A stretch of DNA of 64,000 nt from NCBI RefSeq assembly GCF_009914755.1, contig NC_060931.1; one strand, given 5' to 3'. Under the pieces are notes generated by a model. It was not told the DNA's origin. It saw nothing but the letters and a program-made list of their open reading frames with translations, and searched no databases. Below, piece by piece: positions 1-15,344 of this stretch (positions within the stretch are counted from its first letter, which is position 1; each line of letters opens with the position of its first letter). The translations under genes and the position numbers were made by a program. This stretch comes from the human T2T-CHM13v2.0 reference genome, Homo sapiens.

Positions 1-216
1 CTTTTTAGCACTCTTCAAGTTTTCAGTGTTGCTCAGCAGTGGAGTGCACAAAATTCTCGGGAACAAAGGGACAATTCTAATTATTAGTGTTGAGGGGCCT
101 CCTTCAATCAAGACAACAAAAACCTTTAGTGTGTTTTGTATCTTTCTATGCTTTTTACATATTTTTGTTCAGGACAATGGATGGTATTAGCGATAGGATA
201 TTTTGGCCTGTGTAAG

Positions 217-634
217 TGCGATACCATGGAGTTTGTCCCCGCAAACTTCATGTTAAACTTTGGTCCTCAATGTTGAAGGTGGGACCTAATGGGAGGTGTT
301 TTGGCTCATGGGGACAGCCATTCCCTCATGAACGGCTTGGTGCCATCCTTGCAGTAATGAGTTCTCTTTTTATTAGTTCCCAAGAAAGTTGATTTTTAAA
401 AAGAATCTGCCACCTCCCCCCGCTTCTTACATCCTCTCTCATGTGAACTCTGCACATCCCAGCTCTCCCTTTCCTGCTACCACAAGTGGAAGCAGCCTGC
501 AGCCTTCATCAGAAGCAGATGCTGGTGCCGTGCTTCTTGTACAGCCCGCAAAGCTGTAGGCCTAGTAAATCCCTTCTCTATAAATTACTCAACCTCAGTT
601 ATTCCTTTATAGAAACGCTAAATAGACTAAGACA
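217..634 (+). mobile_element. MaLR solo LTR, MSTB/MSTB1-like
   Basis: Motifs 'gggaggtgttttggctcatgggg', 'cagaagcagatgctggtgccgtgcttcttgtacagcccgca' and 3' end 'taaattactcaacctcag...agactaagaca' match the MST LTR consensus. Confidence 0.8.
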
Positions 635-1696
635 GTTGGATAATCTGAATTCATGAATATTGTAGAGCATGGTGGTAGAATTAAGGAAAAATTCCCTTTA
701 ATGTCTTTCCCTCTACTCTTCAATAACTATTGTCAAATAGTACATTATTCCTGAAGAATAGTTATTTGAGAATTTTGGCAAAAGTTTTTTTTTAATGCTA
801 TGAATCCATCTCCTTCTAAAAATATTACTTACAAAATTTCTGAAATCTACGAAAAAGCTATTAATTTTTAATTATAAAACATTAATATTAGTAAAAGTGT
901 AAGTAAAGCTAGAAATCTCATTTAGCCACCAACATTATCTTGGGAGCCTTTTAAATTAGCTTTTCCCAGTGTGAAAGCTAGGACTTAGTGTAGGAAAAAT
1001 TATAATATCTGTTGCACTATTGATAGTTTAAAAATATTAGATGCAAAGTCTATCATGGAAATTAAATTGGTATCCTGTGAATACAGAACTATACTTTACA
1101 GATATCAGAAAACAGGAGAGAACATTGTTCAATACATTTTGTCAAAACTTGCTGTAAATAAAGAGTACAATTTGAGTGATGAGGTCCAGGGATGTTTCCA
1201 ATCTCTATCTATTAAAATTGGATATTCATATGTATTTTAAAGAAAATCTTCATTAATGACTATGTGTGATGTGCAATTCTTGTCAAATAATATTATCCTA
1301 TAAACATATGTCCAGAACACTATCACTGTTGTTTGAGTAGATTCTGGCTGGATGGGCAGTGATCAGGCACAAGAATGGTTTACTGTTCATCCTTCCACTT
1401 TAAAAATTACCTTATTTGAGGAATGCTATTTTTAAAATAATCTCTTTAAATTATGTGTCAACTGTATACATTGGTCAGTATTGAAAAAACAGAAATTCAA
1501 ATATCTTAAAATAGTAGATTATAGCAATGTAAGAATCTGAGTAGATATGAAGAAATGTATGTGCTGATGTTTTAAATTAGGCATTCATGAGGAGCTAGTA
1601 AAGTAAAACAGAAATAGTCAATCTGGAAATTGTGGAATGTAGTTGGAAGCTTTAGTAAGACATGAGTTTTACATTTATGAAGAGTAAAGTAAGTAT

Positions 1697-2000
1697 AGCC
1701 TGGGTGTGGTGGCTCATGCCTTTAATCCCAGCACTTTGGGAGGCCAAGGTGGGTGGATCACTTGAAGTCAGGGGTTTGAGACCAGCCTCGCCAACATGGT
1801 GAAATGCTTTCTCTACTAATAATGCAAAAATATGCCGGGCATGGTGGTGCACACCTGTAATCCCAGCTACTCAGGAAACTGAGGCAGGAGAATCACTTGA
1901 ACCTCAGAGGTGGAGATTGCAGTGAACTGAGATCACACCACTGCACTCCAGCCCAGGACAGAACAAGACTCTCTAAAAAAAAAAAAAAAAAAAAAAAAAA
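1697..2000 (+). mobile_element. AluS (Sx/Sz-like), full length
   Basis: Dimeric Alu with A-rich linker and poly(A) to 2000; 'aaagtaagta' on both flanks (TSD-like). Confidence 0.95.
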
Positions 2001-2208
2001 GTAAGTAAGTCAGTATAGAAAATACATACAAATTTATTGACTTATTTTTCTGGGCTGAACATTCCCAATCAAAAGGCAAAACAAAGTAAATATGTGTAAT
2101 GTCCATGTCAAAATTAGAGCCTTAAAAATACATTGAAAGTTGAATGAGGAAATTTGATCACAGCAACAATGAACAAGTGTCTTCAGTCATTGATATTTGA
2201 TAAGATTA

Positions 2209-2539
2209 TAGGTCTATAATCTCATTATTAATTCCAGAGTCCAAAAACTTCTGAAAAACCAAAACAGTTTTATAACTTATTTGGAAACAAGACCTGATAT
2301 AAACAGATGTGTGGCTATTTACAGCTTTTATCTTACTTTATCAAACTCAGTATGATATATTGTTATATGTTTCCTTACAGAGATAGTTATTAGTTTGAGT
2401 ACAGGGCACTTCCCTAGACCCTACTGAGAATTTATATAATTTATGGTGTATGTACTCTACTAACATTGTAATGTCTGAAAATTATGAATATCAAAACATA
2501 TGTGTCAGCAAAGAATTTATAAAGGAAACTGTTGACCTG
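2209..2539 (+). mobile_element. MER46C-like TcMar-Tigger DNA transposon fossil
   Basis: Terminal inverted ends 'aggtctataat...' / '...gttgacctg'; internal 'ccaaaaacttctgaaaaacc', 'ggctatttacagctttta', 'ccctagacccctactg' resemble MER46C. Confidence 0.7.
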
Positions 2540-2896
2540 CTCAGAATATTGATGTAAAATAAACTACAGGAATCAGTAGTCATTTTTCTACACTGAAAAG
2601 ACCTTTGACTCAGGTTTCCCTGAGTTGGTGAAAGAACCCAATTGGCAGATGAAGGCACACTTCAGCCATCAAAGGGAGTAGTTCATCTGAACTCACCAAA
2701 AGAGTGTACCTAAATAAGCAGTTAACAACAGAAATCTGGAAAATACTGCTTTTCCATTCTTAATGGCACTTTGGAGCTCCAAAATACTGGAAAATACTAT
2801 TGCTGTATGAAACCAGAAATATATGTAAATTCAGCCCTCAAAATATTGTGACAACAAAGTGAAGAAAATACATTACCTGAAACATGAATATGATAT

Positions 2897-3900
2897 ATTC
2901 ATTCATTCAATTAGCAACTATTACAAAATGCTTAAAGTGTGTCTGGCACTGCTTCAGGTGCTGAAAATGCAGTGGTGACATGGACATTTGCCTTAATTTT
3001 TTTACTATGCGGCATGTTCTGAAGAGCTTCCTTATGTTTAGGAGATGGATTTCCTAGGTCAGAGCTGCTCTTCTCAAATTAGAAGTCTGCAACTTGCTCT
3101 TCTAGACGCTCTTCATCTAGGGCTCGTGTATGTCACTTACAATTTGCTAAACAGATGAACTCACCCAAGACTTTTGTCCAGAAGGAACAACTAGAGGAAG
3201 AAAACACTGAAAGGGACATTTTTCTAAATGTTTTAGCTGTGGAGTCATTGCCAGTAGCTGAGAAGTTGGAGTTCCCGAAGCAGCAAGTGATCAGTATATA
3301 AACTGTGGTTATCTGACTCCCCTGGCAACAGAGGTGGAATCTTTATTAGAGCATCCCTACTGTGAGGTTCCTGGTGGCTTAGCCTCCAAGTCTAATGATC
3401 TTGCCCTTTGGAGAGTCCATAAGCAAAGTTTCAGCTTTTAATAAATTTATTACTTTCTGTGATACCTATGTGTTTCTGCAATTAACAACTCTGAATCATA
3501 TAAAAAGTGAAAAAAAGTTTCTGACCTCATTGGCTGGCATTCTAGGAGGGCAAACTGATGAATTCTTAAACTGATCAGTACCAGACATTTTTTCAAAAAG
3601 AGGATGGATAGTGAATGAGGGGATACCATTTTAAAAGGCAAGGGCAGACCTCCCAGAGAAGATAGCATTTAAAACTAAGTGAGATGTGACAGAGAAGAGG
3701 GAGTTAGCCATGGAGATAGGGAGTTAGCTATCTAGCAGAGAACACTTAAATGCAAAGTTGCTGAGGTGGGACTTTGCTTAGAATATCTGAAGAACAGCAA
3801 GAAAGTTAATGTGGCTGGACTAAGTCCAGATAAATTTAGATAAAATTAGGTCTGAGGGATAGCTAGGGGTCAGAATTATGTAGATCATTGTAGACCATAG
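2897..3900 (-). mobile_element. L2 LINE 3' region, interrupted by an ERVL-type LTR
   Basis: 'ttcattcattcaa...gtgtctggcactg' is the reverse complement of the L2 3' tail; L2-like sequence resumes at ~3620-3900. Confidence 0.6.
3010..3510 (+). mobile_element. Old ERVL-group LTR (LTR33-like)
   Basis: 'ctagggctcgtgtatgtcacttac...aaacagatgaactcaccc' plus AATAAA at ~3440 and U5-like end; highly diverged. Confidence 0.4.
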
Positions 3901-3925
3901 CATAGATAGGTGATTGGTTGATTGT

Positions 3926-4050
3926 TAGATAGATAGATAGGTAGGTAGGTAGGTAGGTAGGTAGGTAGGTAGGTAGGTAGATAGATAGGTAGGTAGGTAG
4001 ATAGATAGATAGATAGATAGATAGATGATAGATAGATAGATAGATAGATA
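3926..4050 (+). repeat. Compound tetranucleotide STR (TAGA)3(TAGG)10(TAGA)2(TAGG)3(TAGA)7 TGA (TAGA)5
   Basis: Counted directly from the sequence. Confidence 0.97.
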
Positions 4051-4419
4051 TGGTGAGTATTCAGCCTGTTTTACAAAATCCTTAGAATCAACCTAATAAT
4101 ATAATGCTCATTAATCAAAGTGACAAGTTAGAACATTTAGTTTTGTGGCTTTTTATTAACATAATTTAAAAATAGTTTTATATTAAAATAAAGAGAAACA
4201 TAGTAGAATGCTGATTTTGCAGGAATTTGAAAGTTATTACGTGAGTCCCTAAGGATAGTTTAAATTTGTGGACAATTTAGATTAAGTTTCCCAACCTCTT
4301 ATTTGTACGGTATCTTTTGCAATTAGGTAAACTAAGTTAAAAAGTTTAAGAACTATATTGTTAAGCAACATACATTCAGAAAAGTGAGTCAGTTTTTTTT
4401 AGATAAACATTTCCTCTTT

Positions 4420-4765
4420 TTTAGTTTTATACATTTAGTGAATAGAAGTGCAGATTTATTACATGTGTACATTGTGTAGCAGTGAAGTCTGGGCTTTTCG
4501 TGTACTCATCACCTGAATAGTGAACATTGTCCCCAACAGGTGATTTTTCAATCTTCCCCCACATCCTCCCCTCCCACCTTTTGTAGTCTCCAATGTCTCT
4601 TATTCCACTCTGTGTGTCCATGTGTACCCATTGTTAACTCCCATTTATAAGTAACAGCATGAAGTATTTGACTTTCTATTTCTGAGTTATTTTACTTAAG
4701 AAACTGGCCTCTAGTTCCGTCCATCTTACTGCACAAGACATGATTTCATTCTCTCCTTTGGCTGA
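4420..4765 (-). mobile_element. L1PB/L1MA-type 3' UTR fragment
   Basis: 'gtgcagatttattacatg...gaagtctgggctttt...tcacctgaatagtgaacattgt' is typical of the L1PB 3' end, reverse orientation. Confidence 0.8.
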
Positions 4766-4819
4766 CTAGAATAAAAATTTAAATTAATTTATAAAGATGC
4801 ACTTGCCTATTTAAAATAA

Positions 4820-5289
<470 letters not shown>

Positions 5290-5503
5290 GATAATGCAGC
5301 ATTTCTAAGGCACTAAGAAGCTTTCCATAAGTCATGCAACAAATATGTTAATTTTCTTTCTTTATTACATTTAATTTTTTATCTTTCGATATCCAGTTTG
5401 TTTCACAGCATAGCTAAAGAGCCAGAAGGGAAAGGAGAAAAAGATGCTTGGAATAACATTTATGCTAACTAACTACAGTGACAAAAATAAAAGACTGGTT
5501 TAC

Positions 5504-5632
5504 CAAGAAACCTCTCTGAGAGTCTCTACATCATATCCTGAAAGCTTCATGTCTCTTGATAAATTCACAGGTTTTGAGTTTGTTGAATTTAGCATCTCAC
5601 CTTCTTTAGTGCTTCCTATCTCTCCAAAGCAC
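5504..5632 (-). other. Candidate exon C of a minus-strand transcript
   Basis: Acceptor 'gttttattcttgttggcttttatatctccag|G' at 5632; donors AAG|gtgaga at 5601 or TTG|gtaaac at 5504. Splice signals only, no expression evidence. Confidence 0.3.
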
Positions 5633-6339
5633 CTGGAGATATAAAAGCCAACAAGAATAAAACAACCTGCCTCTTTTACCTGACAGTAGGATGGAAATAA
5701 ACTCAAGATAATTGGCTTTTAAGATAGCTAGTAGGTACGTTTATGTAAACATCATAGAGTTTTAGAAAGTACCAGTGACTGGAAAAGCTCAGAAGCTAAC
5801 ATCAAGGTCACACCACTCCAGAACAAACTAGGAAATACATATTTGGAGATGTGTTGGCCATCTAGAACTACAGCCAGCTAGAAACTGATAAATAAAGGTA
5901 CCAAAAATAGGGATCAGAAGGGTTACACAATGATGTGTGTAGAAAAGAGGTCACAATCAGAAATGTAAGAAATTAAAATTTAATGCCAAAAGACAAATTT
6001 GTTGAATATTTCAGTGCAGTAGGAAATATGTGAGAGAGGACAAATGAAAAGAATCTTCAGTGAAATAGTGTGATTAGTAGATTTTTTCACAGTTAATAGG
6101 CAGCAAATGGAGAACATTACTAGTGCAAGGAGGACTTAGTGAAGGTTATGTACTACTTTAACAGACAAAAAAAAAGCTCAGAATACGAACACAATTCCTC
6201 AGCAAAAGAACAGTAGGGAAGTATTGGTGTTGAACCTAGAGGCCTGTGTATATGAGTATCCACCGGGAATGGCTGATTCGTGTTTCATTTTGCTAACAAA
6301 GCATAAATCAGTGAGCTTATTTTGCAATGCAGTATTTTC

Positions 6340-6480
6340 AGTGTACTGGAATCATTACATGTACTGGTTCAAATTCTGCCTCCTCTGCTTAACTACCACT
6401 ATGGCCTTGGGCCACAGATTCAGTTTCTTCAACTTCCTTTGTAGAATGGAAATAATAATCCCTATCATATAGCATATAAG
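6340..6480 (+). mobile_element. MIR
   Basis: 'ggttcaaattctgcctc...cttaactaccactatggccttgggc...tcagtttc...gtagaatggaaataataat'. Confidence 0.65.
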
Positions 6481-9400
6481 AGGCAACTGATATATTATTT
6501 ACTTCAGTAATTATGTTATTTTAGTACTGATAAAAGTCAATATATGAACATCTTTTTTTCTCACAAACCTACATATCAACCACATTCAGATATCCCTGTA
6601 TATTATTAGCTCTTTTATATCTAACTAAAACATGAACAGCAAGAACATCAAACTAGAAGGCCTAAGGAAAGGATATGGTCTTTACTCAAAACATTTATTG
6701 CTAGTGCTTCTGCATGAAATGATTAAGACCTTGCTTTACATATAGGTCTAAATGTATTATCAGTTCAAATAAATCCCACTTAAATTTAAAGTGTTATTTA
6801 TTTTCTTTTCTATAAGAAATATATAAGTTATTTGATCCTCCAATTCCCTACCAGTGCCAGACATTTCAGTAGCTATTCTGGGCATTAAATATCCTCCTAG
6901 GTTTAACTGCTCTCAGTTAAAGGAATTATTTCAAAGGTGTTGAGTTCAGAAAAGAGGCTCCCTCTGAAGTATTCAAAGGATAGTGGTGCTAAAATATGCA
7001 GTGTTTATAAGGTTTCAGGCCAGCGAATTTTTCATCGGCCTTCTGAGAACACAGTAGGATTTTATCATTTCATATCTCTATTTTGAGATCTCTCAGCAAT
7101 CAGTATTGTGGGTCCTATTTTTGATCAATCAACCTCCCTATTGGTTTGTGCCAGGAATTGAGGATAGTTGCTAGGCTGACAAATGTTCTTGGGGTTTAAA
7201 TTTGGTGAATATTTACTCTCTAACAAAAAGAACACAGATACTACATTCAGTTCCCACTTTTTGCTCTTGATTAGGAAATAATTATAGCTTCTGAATTTAT
7301 ACAGTGATTTAAACATTTTCCCACCAGGGTGCTGGCATTCTGGGAAAAAAGAACATATAATGTTTGATTTCAGGCTATCCTGTGAGTCTGGATTTTAAAA
7401 GTAGAGTCACCCTCTGCACCAGTTTATTGAGTATGCAGTAACTAACAACAGCTGCTCTGTGTGAAAACTGAAGGACAAGCATGCAGTTGGTCAGCTTGAT
7501 ACCACCACCCATGGTCGTTTAAATAAATGAGGGGAACAAAATTAGTTTTGCCACGACTTAGGCAAAAATGGATACTGTCTAATGCTCTATGTGAAAATAG
7601 AGTCAGTAATCTGCTATTTGAAATTTTACTGACATTTAGACATTTATTGAAGACAATTTTACTTTATCATCAACAGAAAAATTTGTGTAGAGCTGCAAAT
7701 GGCCTGACTAGACAAAGTCTTCTCTCCTAAAGGGTTAGTGCCAAAAAGTGAATAAATAACTGTCATTTCAAGGATTGGTGCCATGTTAGAGTTCTCTTGC
7801 TGGGGAGGAAATTGAGAACAGTCTCAGGTGAAAAGAGAGGAACAACCATGGCAATATTATATGGCTTTGTTGACCCAGCTAGCACAAAGCAATGGTTTTA
7901 AATGTGTTTTCTAAACAAATTCAACTAATCATTTCCATTCATCCATTTTGTAGGATGGATAGATTTCAAAACAAATTGCCACTTGGATAGCTTAGCTCAC
8001 AGGAAGAGTATGCTCTGGACCCTGAGGAATGAGTGAGGAGCCAATTGTTAAGATTATTCCTTTGCCTACATTTTTCAGGATGTGTGTCACTATCCACTCT
8101 GCATTTAGACAGCTCTCAAACTGGGCAATAGTCACAGTGTATACTGCATGGGTTTTAAATTAGGATAAAATGTTAGAAGCTTCCTCAGCTTCATGGCCAG
8201 GAGAAAATAAATTTGCCCATGCCAGACAGAGATGGCCACAGTTTGATTAAGGGACTTTAAAAAGTTAAGAGAAGTATCCAAAATTTGCAAAGCACCCACT
8301 CAAGGGAATTACATGGCAGTGCTCATGAAAATAATATGAAACACCCTGCAAAGCTTTTCACTAAGCTTTGACCTTATCACTTGCTCTTTAACTTACTTCT
8401 GGAAACTAATGCTGTGGAAAAAAATAGGAGAAGGTACTTGAACAAACAGCTTAAATTATATTGTCCAAAAGTTCCTTACACAGTCCAAACACCTTCAAAA
8501 CCTAGAGTTTCTTGGCTTTTGCATTGAGCAATAATCTTGCCTGATAAACGGATACATACTGATATTACCTAATAGCTGAAAATGTTTTTACTCAGTTACC
8601 AAATAATCATTAGTGCAGAATAGATGTGAGGCCTATTTTCGGTGTCAGCCAGAAGCACTGTTTACTCCTCCACACTTCCAAAAATTCCTCTGTTCTATCT
8701 TCCCGCTTGAGCTTGCGTTTTATTTAAATGTTTGTAATACATGCTGACACACAAAAAAATGTTGTTTACTTCAACTTACTCTAATTGTGGCTGTCCACCA
8801 AGAACAAATCAAATTTCTCAGTTTCTGTGAAATAAGCCTCTTGCTCTTTCTCATCTTATTTTTAACTTTTGACAATAAAAATGCATGCATATGAACTTGA
8901 TCAAAGCAATAACTAGGAAAAATGAACTAGCAACCCTGGATCTAAACCTGACTCCTACTCACATTTCTAGCCCTCAATATCTTTTATATAAAATAAAATG
9001 ATCTATATTAGAATGGTATCTAAAGTCCTTTTCAGCTATGAAATTTCACAAGTCTTTCATTAGACTTTCATCATCTGTGTATACACAGAAAACAATAATA
9101 TCTTGCCTTTTGCAAGTTCTATAGTTTTTTTATTTTAATAATCATCCAATTCATCTTTCTTAAAAACCAGCCTCCTTGAAATTAAACTGACATGGATTAA
9201 TATCTCACTTATACTCTAATGACAGAAAAAACTTTAAAATTTTTGGAAAGAAATCATTAAGAAAAATTTACATGTAAGAGAACATATATATTCTATATCA
9301 GTAAATATATAGGTGTGATACAGATCTGTGTCTATAATTATATAGACAACTATATCAGGATATATACCTTATCAGAAAACAAACTGAAAATACATCAATA

Positions 9401-9864
9401 CAATAAAACTTAAAATGTACTAACTAGATAAAGCCAAGAACTGATGACTACTGAGAAATAAATAAAATGGTATTATGAATGAATTTGCATTGTTCTAACT
9501 ACATCACATATTTCCAATGACAGCTTCACATTGATTTAATATTGGCCAGGCCAAGACTGGAAGAAGAATGTGTTGTCCTGGACCCTAGAAAACCACATCT
9601 GATTGTTATTGTGAATTGTATTTCATATGGCTGTAATTATTCTGAATTGTGTTCACTAATTTCTTGTCACAAAAAAATGCTTAAAATACAGTAAGAAATG
9701 GGCTTAAGCAGATTTTAAATGGATTAGTAAAAGCACTAGAGTATTACTTCTATTTTTAAAGAAATACCATGTATTTTGGAATCGTGAAGAACTGTGTCAG
9801 CACATTTTTAAACCACTAGGCTTTTGTTGTTGTTGTTGCTTTTCTTTCCAATTCCAGCTTTTTA

Positions 9865-10690
9865 TTATTTTTTTAAATTTTATTTTAAGTTCAGGGTTAC
9901 AAGTGTGGGTTTGTTACATAGGTAAATTTGTGTCATAGGGCTTTGTTGTACAAATTATTTAATCACCCAGGTATTAAGCCTAGTATCCATTAGTTATGTT
10001 TCCTGATCTCTCCCTCCTCTCACCCTCCACCCTCCGAAAGGCCACGGTATGTGTTGTTCCCCTCTACATGTCCATGTGTTCTCATGATTTAGTTCTCACT
10101 TGTAAGTGAGAATATGCAGTATTTTGTTTTCTGTTCTTGTGTTAGTTTGCACTTGTAAGTGAGAACATGCAGTATTTGGTTCTCTGTTCCTGTGTTAGTT
10201 TGCTAAGGGTAATGGCCTGCAAAGGATGTGATCCCACTCTTTTTTATGGCTGCATATTATTCCATGATGTGTATGGACCACATTTTCTTTATCCAGTCTT
10301 TATTTTCTTTATCCAGTCTATCATTTAGTTTGATTCCATGTCTTTGCTATCGTGAATAGTGATGCAGTAAACGTACATGTGCATGTGACTTCATGATAGT
10401 ATGATTTATATTCCTTTGGGCATATACCCAGTAATAGGATTGCTAGGTCAAATGGTATTTCTATCTTTAGGTCTTTGAGGAATCACCACACTGTCTTCCA
10501 CAATGACTGAACTAATTTACACTCCCACCAACAGTGAATAAGTGGTCTTTTTTCCTCCACAACCTTGCCAGCATCTGTTATTTTTTGACTTTTATATGAT
10601 AGTCTTTCTGACTGGTGTTAGATGGTACCTCACTGGGGTTTGGATTTGTATTTCTCTACAGATCAGTGATGTTGAGCTTTTTCATACGTT
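9865..10690 (-). mobile_element. Older L1PA (approx. L1PA11-16) 3' fragment with internal tandem duplications
   Basis: 'ttttaagttcagggttacaagtg...atcacccaggtattaagcctag' 3' UTR plus ORF2 C-terminus; 53-bp duplication at 10098-10203. Confidence 0.9.
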
Positions 10691-10810
10691 TTTGTTTAAA
10701 AATAAAATTAGAAATCGAAGACAAAAATAAATGTGGTGAACGGTGTAAGTCAGTTTATTCTGTAATTATAGGGGGATGTTTCAGTATGCTGTAATTCCTA
10801 TCCTATAGAA

Positions 10811-11053
10811 CAGCAGTCCATGGTCCCCAAACTTTTTGGCTCATAAGGAGCACACAACCTAGATCCCAGGCATGCACAGTTCATAATAGGGTTTGTGCTT
10901 CTATGAGAATCTAATGCCACAGCTGATCTGACAGGAAGTAGAGCTCAGGCAGTAATGCTCCCTTGCCCACCCCTCATCTCTTGCTGTGTGACCCGGTTTC
11001 TAACAAGCCACGGACCATTTTCAGTCTTGCAGCCTAAGGGTTGGGGACCCTTG
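10811..11053 (+). mobile_element. MER1B-like hAT-Charlie DNA transposon (internally deleted)
   Basis: Ends 'ggtccccaaac' / 'gttggggaccc'; 'cataaggagcacacaacctagatccc'; perfect 8-bp TSD CTATAGAA at 10803-10810 and 11054-11061. Confidence 0.88.
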
Positions 11054-11569
11054 CTATAGAAGGCAATTAGTATGGGGTTAATACCATATGAACAAGAAAG
11101 ATAACATCAGGCAAATAAAACACACAGTAAAACAATGTATATAACAGCACAATGGTTTTATTGACGGCAGAAGAAAAAAAATTTCCTTTGACTTGTAAAA
11201 AGAATTTGTTTTATTTAACTCAGTATTTTTCCCATTCTTTGTGTGAGTTGAATCTTCTTTTTTCACTCTAAAATATGTTTTTTCTTTCTACAAGTAATAC
11301 TATCCACCATAGCTGCTACTTATTCTGAAGAGAAAGTAGAGAGGTCTATCAACAGGTTTTGACCAGAATGTTTCAGTCAATGGCTCCTTTCTTCACATAA
11401 ACTCTATTTTAACTAGAAAGGAAGAAAATGAAGTTGAACCCTCAAATTAACTTTTTCATACTGTGTCAAGATACATTTCTGCTGAAACTTATCTGCAAAC
11501 GTGAAGTGTTTGCATAAATATAAATAAATCTCTGATAGAATAAATTTTGGACACTGCTGTCAAAAGCAA

Positions 11570-11710
11570 GCAAGAAGGAACGAAGGAAGGGAGGAAGGGA
11601 GGGAGGGACGGAGGGAAGGGAGGGTGGGGGAAAGGGGAGAGAGGGAGGGAGGGGGAAGGGGAGAGAGGGAAGGGGGAGGGGAGGGACGGAGGGAAGGAAA
11701 GAAGGAAAAG
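11570..11710 (+). repeat. Polypurine (GGAA/GGGA)n low-complexity tract
   Basis: Nearly pure purine run with many GGG blocks. Confidence 0.9.
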
Positions 11711-12621
11711 TTTCTGAGGCAAAAACTTATAACCTGAAGGTTTAATAGGGTAGATGAGAAAACAATCCCTGGAAGTAAACATCAATGATAAAAGAAAGAG
11801 AGACTATAATGGAAGGAGAGAAAATACCCATTGGTTTGCTACCATTCAGACCACAGCTTCAAGAGGCAGTACAGTTGATAGCTGTAAGTTGTGAGTTGTT
11901 TCCAGAGAAACTGTGAAAGTCCATTGCATTGATCTATTGGATGCTGAAGTAAGTAGGGAAGGAAGGCTAGTGAATTACTGGTTCTTTTTTGTCCATTTTT
12001 CCTACTGGTAAAAGGCAAGCTCATAGGTTAACTGTCCTGTAGCTGCAGGTTGTGTTTCCTGGGTTCCCTAGGCAGCTGTGGAAGAAATGAGGGTTCCAGT
12101 GGTCCAGTGAAGTCAGTATGTGGTTCTGTGGACTCCTCCAAGTATGTGTGTAAATGTGTGTGTATGCTGGTTGGGGGATATTTCATCTGTTTTGATGGTG
12201 GTGGTGATGACAGCAGTGGCAATAACCTAAGCTTTATGGTTGAAGTAATTTCATCAGTCATTCCTAATGCCATTCGGGCCAGGAAGGAAAGCAATCTGCC
12301 AAGTCCTGAGGGTCAGGGGAAGTCAGGTAGAATCAGAAGGCAGAAACTCATTTTCGCTCTCACTCTTTAGTGATCTTCAGATCTCACATAAGAACACTTT
12401 GCATTCAATTCTTGCCTAGGAGGGGAGGTGCAAATCTAATTCTTCAAGGTGATAATTAGTTGCAATCTCCTAAAAAAAACTAAAGAGGACTAGAAACCAA
12501 GCCATGTTCAAACTATTGCAGGTGGTACAGAATAGATGTTTCTCATCATTCTTCTTCACTCAGACTCCCTAGATTCCCCTCACTCCCTCTCAGCCCTTCA
12601 GCAGGTCAGGAGATGACGTAT

Positions 12622-15340
<2,719 letters not shown>

Positions 15341-15344
15341 TTTT

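Noticed and set aside
5633-5679. Intron between donor CAG|gtaaaa at 5680 and acceptor at 5632
   Set aside because: 47 nt is below the usual minimum human intron length
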